Source: Alloascoidea hylecoeti (taxonomy: Eukaryota). From it: a stretch of 64,000 nucleotides of DNA. Of the stretch, positions 37,043 to 47,279 are shown one piece after another (the first letter of the stretch is position 1; the number at the start of each line of letters is the position of its first letter). Below the pieces are notes generated by a model. It was not told the DNA's origin, ran no database searches, and was given only the letters and a program-made list of their open reading frames with translations. Position numbers and translations under genes: made by a program. Location of the stretch: positions 1,124,294-1,188,293 of the forward strand of contig BCKZ01000002.1 in the NCBI GenBank assembly GCA_001600815.1. Direction: 5' to 3'.

Positions 37043-37340
37043 ATGCACGCCCAAGATTGGTTCCTCGCCATCGTCGCTATTTTACTGCCTCCTGTTGCCG
37101 TTGCAATCAAGCGTGGTATCTGTTCTGCTGACTGTATGTATTTCCCTCTCGCCATTGGATTGCTATTAGTATTATACCAAACGCTAATCTTACTCAGTTC
37201 TCATCAACGTTGCCCTGTCCATCCTAGGGTTCATTCCAGGTCTGATCCATGCCTTCTGGATAATTGCCAGTTATCCATACGATGAACAAAAGAAGACACA
37301 CTATGTTGCCCCTCAACAGAGCTATGGGTCCATCAATTAG
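37043..37340 (+). CDS. SNA2: Pmp3/Sna-family proteolipid (77 aa); exons 37043-37133 and 37198-37340
   Basis: MHAQDWFLAIVAILLPPVAVAIKRG...FLINVALSILGFIPGLIHAFWIIASYPY...YGSI. Intron 37134-37197 is GTATGT...GCTAAT...CAG. Confidence 0.85.
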
Positions 37341-37858
37341 ATCCATCAATTAGAATAATATACATAAATCTTTAATATAATATCCATTCTTATGGTTGCT
37401 GCTGTGTGGCACGTGCTCTGTGATAGCAGATGTGCGGTGTAAATGTGAGAATGGAACGTCACGTGACGTTTGCCGGGGCAACCGGGAGCCGCAAGAAAAA
37501 AAGAGATTTTCTGAATTCTGCCACTTTTTTTTTAATTTGAGCGATTAACAGGAGTTTTCCGAGCATCTTTTTGTGTCACGCATTCTCAGAGACAAACACA
37601 CACAAACATCCACAGGTTTTTTTCAACACAACACACTTTTCTCGCGTTTCCACCTCTTTTCTGCCCTTTTATCTATTTATATTCATATTAGAATCCAAAT
37701 CGCCTTTTTTATTCAGAAGTCCTGTGTTTTTTTGCCACCCTTTGCGACGAACACACACGCCTCAGTCCCGACTTACGGTTTTAACTGCACACAACTCCAC
37801 TCCACTTGTGCCATAAACCTCACCTAAAAGCTAACTGCCACGTTGGTATAAACACATA

Positions 37859-38840
37859 ATGATTAGTAATCCTTCCTGTTACATGACTCAGCACAACAAC
37901 ACGTGCCGCAAGAGAAGTTGTATGGATGCAACTGACGAACAGACGCTGAAAAGGCAGAGATCTTCTTCTTCGAGTTATAAGAATGTGAACGATCCTAAAA
38001 TACGGCAGACATTCGTCCGTTTCAGTAATAATATTTCATCTTCGGAGGAAGAAGAGGAATATGACGATTATTCGTTCACTCCTTATCGCAGTCGTATAGG
38101 TTTTAACCGATCTAGAAACCCATCTTCTAATCATTTCCATAAATTATCTTATGAAAAGGCTTTGGCAAAGGCTGTTGCAAAATACAGTGATGATGATGAT
38201 GATGATGAAGAAAATGAAAATGGTAAAAATAAAAATAAGAATAAGAATAAAAATAACTTCCCGATAAGGCACAATGATAATGGTTATCGTTTCAAATTAT
38301 TCACTGATAATAATCAAAATACTGTCGTTAGTCCTGCTCCCACAGCTCATGGTCATTCGTCTGGTGCTGCTAGATGCAGAGGTCGTCCTACTATTCCATC
38401 TGCTGACCAAGCCGCTCGTACAAGATGTTTCGAATATCTCATTCAAGCAATTGATGAAGCATGGGCTCGTTATTGTGATTGTTATTCGTATCCAGATGAA
38501 GATGATGAAGAAGATGACGATGATAATGAAATGCCAAATACTCCATCAAGTTTAAAATCTTCTGATGATGAAAGTGATAACTATTCATATTGTTCAAAAA
38601 AATTAATAGATAAACAAAATAAAAAAGATGAAAAAAGAAAAAAAATACCTGAAAAATCTTCAACTATTCATTTACAACAATTAAAAGATCGTTTATTAAA
38701 ATCCAAATATTATTTACAAGATTTTATTGATGCTGATGATTCAGAAGAAGTTGAATTATTTTGGAAAAGATGGGACTTGATTAAATATTCTGCAATTGAA
38801 TTATTAATTAATGAGGATGATACCAATGGTACTAGTAGTA

Positions 38841-38899
<59 letters not shown>

Positions 38900-38977
38900 G
38901 ATAATGATAATGAAGATGTTATTGAATCAATTATTGATGATTTGGAAGATGGCAGATATTACGGAATTTGTTTTTGA
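37859..38977 (+). CDS. Conserved yeast protein of unknown function (resembles recalled YDL129W)
   Basis: Conserved-looking blocks ARTRCFEYLIQAIDEAWARYCD and LKDRL...FWKRWDLIKYSAIE...IESIIDDLEDGR, separated by acidic and poly-Asn tracts. Confidence 0.6.
38843..38897 (+). repeat. (AAT)n coding microsatellite (poly-Asn)
   Basis: About 18 perfect AAT units, seen directly. Confidence 0.95.
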
Positions 38978-39394
38978 ATTTTTATTTTTTTTTTATTTTT
39001 TTTTAAAAATTAATTGTTTTGTTTGGTTTTTCTCTTATTCAATTATTATACAGGTATGACAAAGGAAAAGGAAAAGATATATATTTATAGTTTGACTTTA
39101 GTTTAGGTGCTTAGTGTAAATATATTTATAATGGAAATAACTGATTTACACATGTCTTAGTTCGATATGATAAACTTAATTATAAAATTATCACTATGTA
39201 AAAATGTAAAAATGTAAATTTAAAAGTAAAAAATTTCATGATTATCTTTATAACTTTAGATGGCCATAAGAAGCATGAGTCTGACTAGAATACTAGTATC
39301 AAAAGTATAAATAAATACATAACACTTTAAATTTTCCTCTCCACAATTTCTTCTTCTTTTTGAATCTTCTTGTATTTTTATCCCTCCGAGAAAA

Positions 39395-42300
39395 ATGGCT
39401 TATAGGGATAAATCAAAGAAAAAAGAACTAGAACCACTTCTTTCTGCTCAAACTCCCCGATACCTTTCAACGTACCCCTCCCTCGCCTCAGTTAGATCTC
39501 CCATTCAAAACTCAACTATTTTACCTGCCATAGATCATGACGTGGATGACTTACAACAAAAAAGACCTGTCGCTAGAAATTTCTATGATGATTTTACCAC
39601 TATAGATTGGTCAAATGATTATCTAAAACAATCTTCTCATTTGTACAATATTAATGAAAACAATAAAAAAAAGGGTTTACGTGGGAAACTTTTAAAATTA
39701 TATGATGATTTACAAGGTTGGATTTTGATCACTGTTATCGCCTTGATATTCTCTATAATTGCATATTTTATAGATATTGCTGAATCCTTTTTAGTTGATA
39801 TCAAAAGAGGATTTTGTACCACACACTATCTCTCAAAAGAATCGGAGTGTTGTATTGCATCATCATTATCCAAACCGGAAACAAGAACCGGACATAATTA
39901 TAACATTAATTCAATAAACAATGACATTTTCAACCAATTCTCAATCCATGAAACTTGCAAGGATTGGAAAAATTGGTCCGAAGTATTTGAAGATGTTGAA
40001 ACCTCTTTTTTAAACCCTTCAATCTTAGAGTTTGCTATTTATGTCTTGTTAACATGTTGTTTCGCCTTTGTTTCTGTATGGATCACTTTAAATACAAAAA
40101 CTGAAAATCCCTTAGCACATCAAAATACAAATAAAATCCCCGAGAAAAGTATGATCCATGTTCAAAATACTTTACAAGTTTTAGAAGAAGAAGAAGATCA
40201 AGATCAAGATACTGAAGATTATAAAGAAAATGAAGATCAAAGAAAAGCTATATCAAAATTACAGTCAAAATTACATCAAGCTCTAGAATATTCTCGTTCA
40301 AATTTAAGCACAACACTTCCAAATCCTTTAAATTCAATTAGAAAACCAAGAGTTTTTTATACTGCTTATGGTAGTGGTGTACCAGAAGTTAAAACTATTC
40401 TATCTGGTTTTGTTATTAGAGGATTTTTAGGTACAAAAACATTAATTTTAAAAAGTATTGCTTTAGTATTTGCAATTTGTTCTGGTTTACATTTAGGTAA
40501 AGAAGGTCCTTATGTTCATTTAGCAACTTGTGTTGGTAATATTTCTTGTAGATTATTTAAAAAATTTACCGAAAATGATTTAGAAAGAAGACAAATTTTA
40601 TCTGCTGCTGCAAGTGCTGGAGTTTCTTTAGCTTTTGGTTCTCCATTAGGTGGTGTTTTATTTAGTATTGAAGAAGTAAGTTATTATTTCCCTTCATCAC
40701 AATTATTTAAAGTATTTTTTTGTGCTATATTATCATCATTATTTTTAAAATTTTTAAATCCTTATGGTACTGGGAAAATTGTTTTATTTGAAGTTGCTTA
40801 TACTTCTGATTGGAGACCAGTTGAATTAATTATTTTTGCATTTATTGGTATAATTGGTGGAATTTATGGCGCTTTATTTTGTAAATTTACTGTTTATTGG
40901 TGGCCAAAACATTTTAGAGAACTAAAATGGATTAAAAATTCTGCTAAAAATGAAGTTTTATTAATTGCTTTAATAACTGGTTTATTAACTTATTTAAATC
41001 ATTATACCCGTGAATCAGTACCTGAATTATTATATCAATTGGCAAGTCCTTGTCATTCACGTGGTGATAAATATGGTTATTTGTGTCCTTCAGATTATGA
41101 GCTACTACCATCAGTTATATTTGATTTATTTATTGCAATTTTTATAAAAATTGGTTTAACTTCAATTACTTATGGTTTAAAAGTTCCTTCTGGAATTTAT
41201 GTACCATCAATGGTAATTGGTGCATTTTTTGGTAGAATTGTTGGCACTTCTTTACAATATTTACAATATAAACATCCAAATTTTATATTTTTTAATACTT
41301 GTGTTAATGGTGATAATGGATTTTGTACAGATTCTGGAATTTATGCAATGATTTCAGCTGGTGCTTTTATGGCTGGTGTTACAAGAATGAATATAACTTT
41401 GGCAACAATTTTATTTGAAATTACTTCAAGTATGAACTATGTTGTACCAATTTCAGTTTCTATTTTAATTTCAAATTGGATTGCAAATATAATTGAACCA
41501 AAATCTATTTATGAATTAATGATTATTAAAAATGATTTCCCATTGTTAGATAACAGAAATCCACCAGTATTTTCAGAATTTACAACTTTAGGTGATTTAT
41601 TATCAGTTAATTCTTATACTTCACTGGATCCTTCACCAACACCAATTAAAGAATTACCTGAATTTCATGAAGTTATTGATATTACAAATTCTCAATATAT
41701 TTCAGTATTAAAATTAAATCGAAGTTTAAGAAGATTACAAGAACGTGGTATGGTTGATGGTGGTATATCATTAACAAAAATTGATTCAGAAAAAAATGAA
41801 ATATTTGTTGGTATTATATCTGCTCCAGAATTGGAATTTACTTTAGATAAAATTGCACAAATTTGTAAAGAATTTTTAATTTCACCTGATAAGATATTCT
41901 GTAAACTTACAGAAGATAGTCCTGATATTAAAAATGTTAATAATTATAGTGAAGTTTCAAGTATTAATGATCATGAAGCTTTTGATGATGAACAACAATA
42001 CTATATTGAAAATATTGGTACAAAAGCAACAACATCATCTACTCCTCCATATAAATATTTATCAAGAGCGAATACAAGAGATCAATTATTTTCAAATCAA
42101 CCTTCTATAACAGGTACTCCAATTGCAAATGAGTTAAGTAAATCATTGTCAAAAGAAAATTCAAAAATATTTAATACTATAAATAGTAAATTTACACAAA
42201 AATCAACTATCAATAATAGAATGAAAACTCCATTAATATTAAATTCAAATGAAAATGAAAATGGAGATTCTAATTATGATATTATTACTGCAAATGAAAT

Positions 42301-42517
42301 GATTAATCAATTAACAGATTTAACATCATTAATTAATAAACATCCAACATTTTTAGATGAATCAACACCAATTACTTTAGTTCAAATGATGTTTTCAAAA
42401 ATTGGAATGAGGATTATTGTTTGTTTACATGAAGGTAAATTTATTGGAGTTTTACATAAAAAAGTTTTTATTGATTATTGTAATAATGAATCAAAGAGAA
42501 AAATAAACAAAGACTAA
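39395..42517 (+). CDS. CLC-family chloride channel / Cl-/H+ exchanger (Gef1-related)
   Basis: YDDFTTIDW, GSGVPE, GKEGP, FGSPLGGVLFSIEE and GIYVPSM motifs; C-terminal CBS-like region. Confidence 0.93.
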   Translation: MAYRDKSKKKELEPLLSAQTPRYLSTYPSLASVRSPIQNSTILPAIDHDVDDLQQKRPVARNFYDDFTTIDWSNDYLKQSSHLYNINENNKKKGLRGKLLKLYDDLQGWILITVIALIFSIIAYFIDIAESFLVDIKRGFCTTHYLSKESECCIASSLSKPETRTGHNYNINSINNDIFNQFSIHETCKDWKNWSEVFEDVETSFLNPSILEFAIYVLLTCCFAFVSVWITLNTKTENPLAHQNTNKIPEKSMIHVQNTLQVLEEEEDQDQDTEDYKENEDQRKAISKLQSKLHQALEYSRSNLSTTLPNPLNSIRKPRVFYTAYGSGVPEVKTILSGFVIRGFLGTKTLILKSIALVFAICSGLHLGKEGPYVHLATCVGNISCRLFKKFTENDLERRQILSAAASAGVSLAFGSPLGGVLFSIEEVSYYFPSSQLFKVFFCAILSSLFLKFLNPYGTGKIVLFEVAYTSDWRPVELIIFAFIGIIGGIYGALFCKFTVYWWPKHFRELKWIKNSAKNEVLLIALITGLLTYLNHYTRESVPELLYQLASPCHSRGDKYGYLCPSDYELLPSVIFDLFIAIFIKIGLTSITYGLKVPSGIYVPSMVIGAFFGRIVGTSLQYLQYKHPNFIFFNTCVNGDNGFCTDSGIYAMISAGAFMAGVTRMNITLATILFEITSSMNYVVPISVSILISNWIANIIEPKSIYELMIIKNDFPLLDNRNPPVFSEFTTLGDLLSVNSYTSLDPSPTPIKELPEFHEVIDITNSQYISVLKLNRSLRRLQERGMVDGGISLTKIDSEKNEIFVGIISAPELEFTLDKIAQICKEFLISPDKIFCKLTEDSPDIKNVNNYSEVSSINDHEAFDDEQQYYIENIGTKATTSSTPPYKYLSRANTRDQLFSNQPSITGTPIANELSKSLSKENSKIFNTINSKFTQKSTINNRMKTPLILNSNENENGDSNYDIITANEMINQLTDLTSLINKHPTFLDESTPITLVQMMFSKIGMRIIVCLHEGKFIGVLHKKVFIDYCNNESKRKINKD

Positions 42518-42897
42518 ATATATTATTGATACAGATATCTGTATTATTAAAAGAACTTTGATAACATGTTTTAATTGTTATATGGAATTTCAAAAGCATA
42601 TGTTTTATCATTATATTACTATTTATTTTTATTATTATTTTTTGTTGTTATATTTTACATAAAATTTTGAATTTTATTTTGAAATTGTATCTCTTAGCAT
42701 TAATTAATTATATATCATTGAATTTAACTGAATTGAAGTTTACCATAGAAAAATATATATTTATATTTCATTTCCTCGTATTATAAATTTGGCCGTGGAG
42801 TTTTTAAAGTTGACCCCTTTCTTTTTCTTCTGTCAACTTAATTTTGAAAACAAAGAAAAGTTTATATTTGAATTTAATTTCAAAGTTATATATTAAT

Positions 42898-43842
42898 ATG
42901 TCATTTTATTCTGATCGCAACAATATTAATAATAATAATAACCTTATCAACTCAAACGATTATTCTAATCGTTATTTACATACAGATCTTCTACCTCAAT
43001 CCCATGTCCGTAACATAACAAATCCATTACAAGGATATCCAAAACTTCAAAAATTAACTGGTTTAAAAAAGCAACAGATTTTGAAATATCAAATTAAACC
43101 ATTTGGTATTAGAATTCAACCATCAAACATTATTAATAAATTAAATGAATTAACAAATAATTATAAATTATGTTTTGATGTTATAATGTTAGGATGTTTA
43201 GATAAAAATCAAACAAAATCAATTTATCAAATTTTAAATAAATTACCAATTGATAAATTATGTTCAAAACCAGGATTTTTATTTATTTGGTCAACAACTG
43301 AAAATATATCAGAATTAACAAAATTATTAAATAATAATAATAATAATTGGGGGAAAAAATTTAGAAGAAGTGAAGAATTGGTATTTGTACCAGTTTCTAA
43401 AGAAAAATCATATTATTACCCAGGAGATTTTGTTTTTCAACAAGACACAATTTTAGAATCAACCCAATGGCATTGTTGGATGTGTATTACTGGAACTGTT
43501 AGAAGAGCAACTGATGGACATTTAATTCACTGTAATATCGATACTGATTTACAAATTGAAAACATTTCATCAGCTTCAAATAATGCTGTACCACCAAATA
43601 TTTATCAAGTAGCAGAGAATTTTTCATCATCTACTAGAAGATTACATATTATTCCAACATCTTTAGGAATGGATCATCCAATTAAAATGAGACCTGGTTG
43701 GGTCATTATGAGTCCTGATGTTTTATTAGATAATTTTAATGTTGTTGATTATAAAGCTGAACTAGATAGAGTTGGTTCAAATTTACCAACTGATATGAGA
43801 ATTGAAAGTTTAAGACCAAAGAGTCCACCTCCTAAAAATTAA
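42898..43842 (+). CDS. KAR4: Karyogamy protein Kar4 (MT-A70/METTL14-like)
   Basis: NDYSNRYLHTDLLPQSHVRNI, LCSKPGFLFIW, FRRSEELVF, HCWMCITGTVRR...HLIHCNIDTDL and LRPKSP motifs. First ATG at 42898. Confidence 0.92.
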   Translation: MSFYSDRNNINNNNNLINSNDYSNRYLHTDLLPQSHVRNITNPLQGYPKLQKLTGLKKQQILKYQIKPFGIRIQPSNIINKLNELTNNYKLCFDVIMLGCLDKNQTKSIYQILNKLPIDKLCSKPGFLFIWSTTENISELTKLLNNNNNNWGKKFRRSEELVFVPVSKEKSYYYPGDFVFQQDTILESTQWHCWMCITGTVRRATDGHLIHCNIDTDLQIENISSASNNAVPPNIYQVAENFSSSTRRLHIIPTSLGMDHPIKMRPGWVIMSPDVLLDNFNVVDYKAELDRVGSNLPTDMRIESLRPKSPPPKN

Positions 43843-44398
43843 ATATATACCGGTATATAATTGCTATATAAAATTGAATTCTAATTTTGCTTTGTACCAA
43901 GTTTAAGTTTAACCACAAAAACGATAGAAATTAATTTACTAAATCCGTGTATTGTTTTCAAAAAAAAAAAAAAAAACTCTTTTAAATTAAATCCTCTTGA
44001 ATATAAAACTTCTAGATTTGTAAAACGTATCATTAAACTGGATGGGGGATAATTCATAGATATTTTATGATCATAATCTTCATTGTGATGTGCTGTTTTT
44101 GACAAACACAATTGCAAGTTTAAATTTGTTTATTTGACGAAATAGTTACTCATTGTTAGTTTACTGAAGAATTCCGGTAGCTCAACTTATGGCTGGCAGA
44201 GGTATAAATGCATAGAAGGAACTTGAATACTTATCAGATCTGTGTTGAAATGGAACTACGGAACTAGTCTACAGCCGTTATTAAAATAATCTCTTGGAAT
44301 CATAATTCCGATGATGTATTGGCACAGTTTTTTTTTCTGGAGCATGTTCATTTAATTTTACTTTTTATCTTAATTATAAAAGTATATAAAATTAAATT

Positions 44399-45971
44399 CT
44401 AATTCTGTTTTAACCATTTTGAACCAAGTTCCAAAGGTTTTAATAAACCACTTTGTTTTGGAACATAATCAATTCTATGAGTACTATTTAAATTCTTTCT
44501 CATAACGATTTGAAAACAAGTTGCTCCACCTTGTCTTGAAGTAATTGTAGAAGTTGCTAAGAAATATTCCCAAATATTATACCATCTTGAACCATATTTT
44601 TCAACAACTTTTTCTTTGTTACCAACCCAATTTCTATACCATCTCCATAAAGTAGCTGAATAGTGAACACCAATTGTATCAACACTAGTAATTTCAAAAC
44701 CAGCACCTTCTAATTTATCAATAACCCAACCTAAAGGAGTTGAAGCATCAGCACCTGGAAAGATATATTTATTCATGAATAAACCCCAAATTAAATCCTC
44801 ATATTGCCAACATTTTCTTAACCCAGCATATTGTAAATAAAAAACACCATCATCATCCAGCATATTATAAACTTGATTTAAAAATGTACTAAAATGTCTA
44901 ACACCAACATGTTCAGCCATTTCAAGACAAGTAATCTTATTATATTTACCATCGTTTGTTGATGGTAAAGGAGTATCTCTATAATCTAAACATAAAATTT
45001 TTGATTGACTTTCTTCAATTCCAGATCTTGCTAAAACATCATTACCCCATTTAGTTTGATTTTTACCAAGAGTTATACCAGTTACATTTGCACCATAAAC
45101 AGTTGAAGCATAATTTGCTAAAGTTCCCCAACCACAACCTAATTCTAACAATAAATCATTTTTTTGTAAATCAATTTTTTCACAAACAATTCTTAATTTA
45201 TTATCTTGAATTTCTTCCAATGTTTCTTCTTTATTAATATCAGAAACAATACCTGAAGTATAAATCATTCTTGGACCTAAAAACCAAGAGTAAAAATCAT
45301 CACCACGATCATAATGATCTCTAACTTGTTCTTCATCTTGGGATCTTGAATGCATTATAACTTCAGGAATCATACCCAATAAGAAATATTTAAATAAACT
45401 ATAAGTAAAATTAAAAGTAGCCCAATCATGTTTCAATTCAAGAACATCTAAAGCATCACCTTTAAATTCAATTTCACCATTGAAGAATAATTCTTGAAAA
45501 GTTTCCAATGGAATTTTTGAATTTTTATACTTGGCTTCCAATTGCTTATTATTAAATTTAAGATAATAATCAATTGGACGATTTGGTAATTTAACTTTTT
45601 CATTTAATCGTGGAGTATACGTTGATAATACCGTCCAGTAGGCTACTAATATTGGTAAAGCCAATAAAATGGTGAAAAATAACCAGGTATAAAAACCAAG
45701 ACCAAATATTCTTCTAGTAATAAGGTATGGAATTCCAGCAATCAAAGAAAACAATAATAGATTTGAAAAATGTCTTGAACTTGGACCATCGGCCGGAAGA
45801 GGGGCATTATGAATTGCCGGAGACTATCAATTGAGTTAATATATATATATATTTATTATAATATTGGTGACGGTTGGGACTTACATCAGTTGTTCTAACA
45901 CCACTTTTGGTGCTCGAAGGCTCCGGGGGAGACGTTGGAGGAGTTGAGATAAACTTAATTTGATCTGACAT
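44399..45971 (-). CDS. MTS1: Sphingolipid C9-methyltransferase (CFA-synthase-like); exons 45971-45885 and 45823-44399 (503 aa)
   Basis: HNAPLPADG, QVRDHYDRGDDFY, ELGCGWG SAM motif, CLEMAEHVG and KYIFPGADAS. Intron 45884-45824 is GTAAGT...TAG. Confidence 0.9.
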
Positions 45972-47279
45972 TTTTTATATTTTTAATGTTTTAAGATCTT
46001 TTTCAAGATGTTTTCAATTCAATTCAAATCTAAATCTCTTTCGTGGAAAAGAAAAGAAAAAAGAAAAGGAAAAGAGGAAAATCGGAAGATTTATAAAACT
46101 TTTAAATTTCACCAATCAGGAAATTATCCAATTGCAAAACCGAAATACATAATAAGTAGTTTACTCCGGCGGCACGTGCTATCCACTCATATTTGGCCAC
46201 GCGGTGTACCATATAATCGGCTATATTGTGATCTAATTATCGACACGATGGATAAATAACTTAATCCCAAGTGAATATACTGTAGTTTAATGTGATGAAT
46301 AATAGCAAACAGTCATATAGAAAATATAAAGGAGTTCAGATCATATATATGAAGTCTAATACTCAATTGCAATATATAATATTTAGATCTTGTAATCGGA
46401 TTAAGCAATTGTCCTTTAAACTGAGACACACAATCGCAACGCTTATATCAGACTCTAGCGGAATAGAAAAGTCACCTAAACACCATTTCTGATATTTACC
46501 AGTCAATCCCAAAAGATATATTAAAAGAAAACTAGTAGATCAAATACCACAAAAAAAACCGTTTAATCAACCGTCATATCTCACTCGGAATATTTGACAA
46601 AACTTTTCGTTCCCTCTTCCACGTGTCTTCCTCTAGGAGTTCCATTGGTCTCATAGGGTGCTGCCCTCAATAATACCCGCTATAAATGATCAAATGAACC
46701 CATATATAAGTTTTATGGACTACAATTATTATTCTTAATTGATCTCCCGGTCTAGAGTCCCTTAGCTATATTCCATCAAAACAACCACCTCCATGCGAAT
46801 TTACCCCAATTGTACCAATTACCAGATACCATCTTAAGTAGCTTATACAAATGAATTTGTAAGTTTTCTCAGCTGAGAATTTATATTTAAGGGGTCCTTG
46901 AAATGATAGTATTAACTATTTTATATAATACCACTTTATTAGTTATGTGCTCAATGGTATACGTATACGTGTGTGTTCATATCACAACAATTTTATTACT
47001 CAATTCTTAATAAATAGCCAATTAATTCAATTAGAACACAAAAATTAATAGGATAATGTTTCCGAGTACTAGTTTTCATTCCAACAAGTACATGTATTTA
47101 TTTATATCAGCCTATCTATTTATATCTTTTTTCAGGTGTAAAGCTTAGCTATTATATACAATATTAATTTATAATTATAGCTACTGAAAAAGTTATTATA
47201 TCATATATCAGTATTCGTATTCGTATTAACGCGTAACTAGCGTTCCTTAATTGAACCTATTCACATGTACAGAAGAATA

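Noticed and set aside
42844..42897. In-frame TTG extension of KAR4 as a 'long form'
   Set aside because: No upstream ATG; AT-rich leader gives no support.
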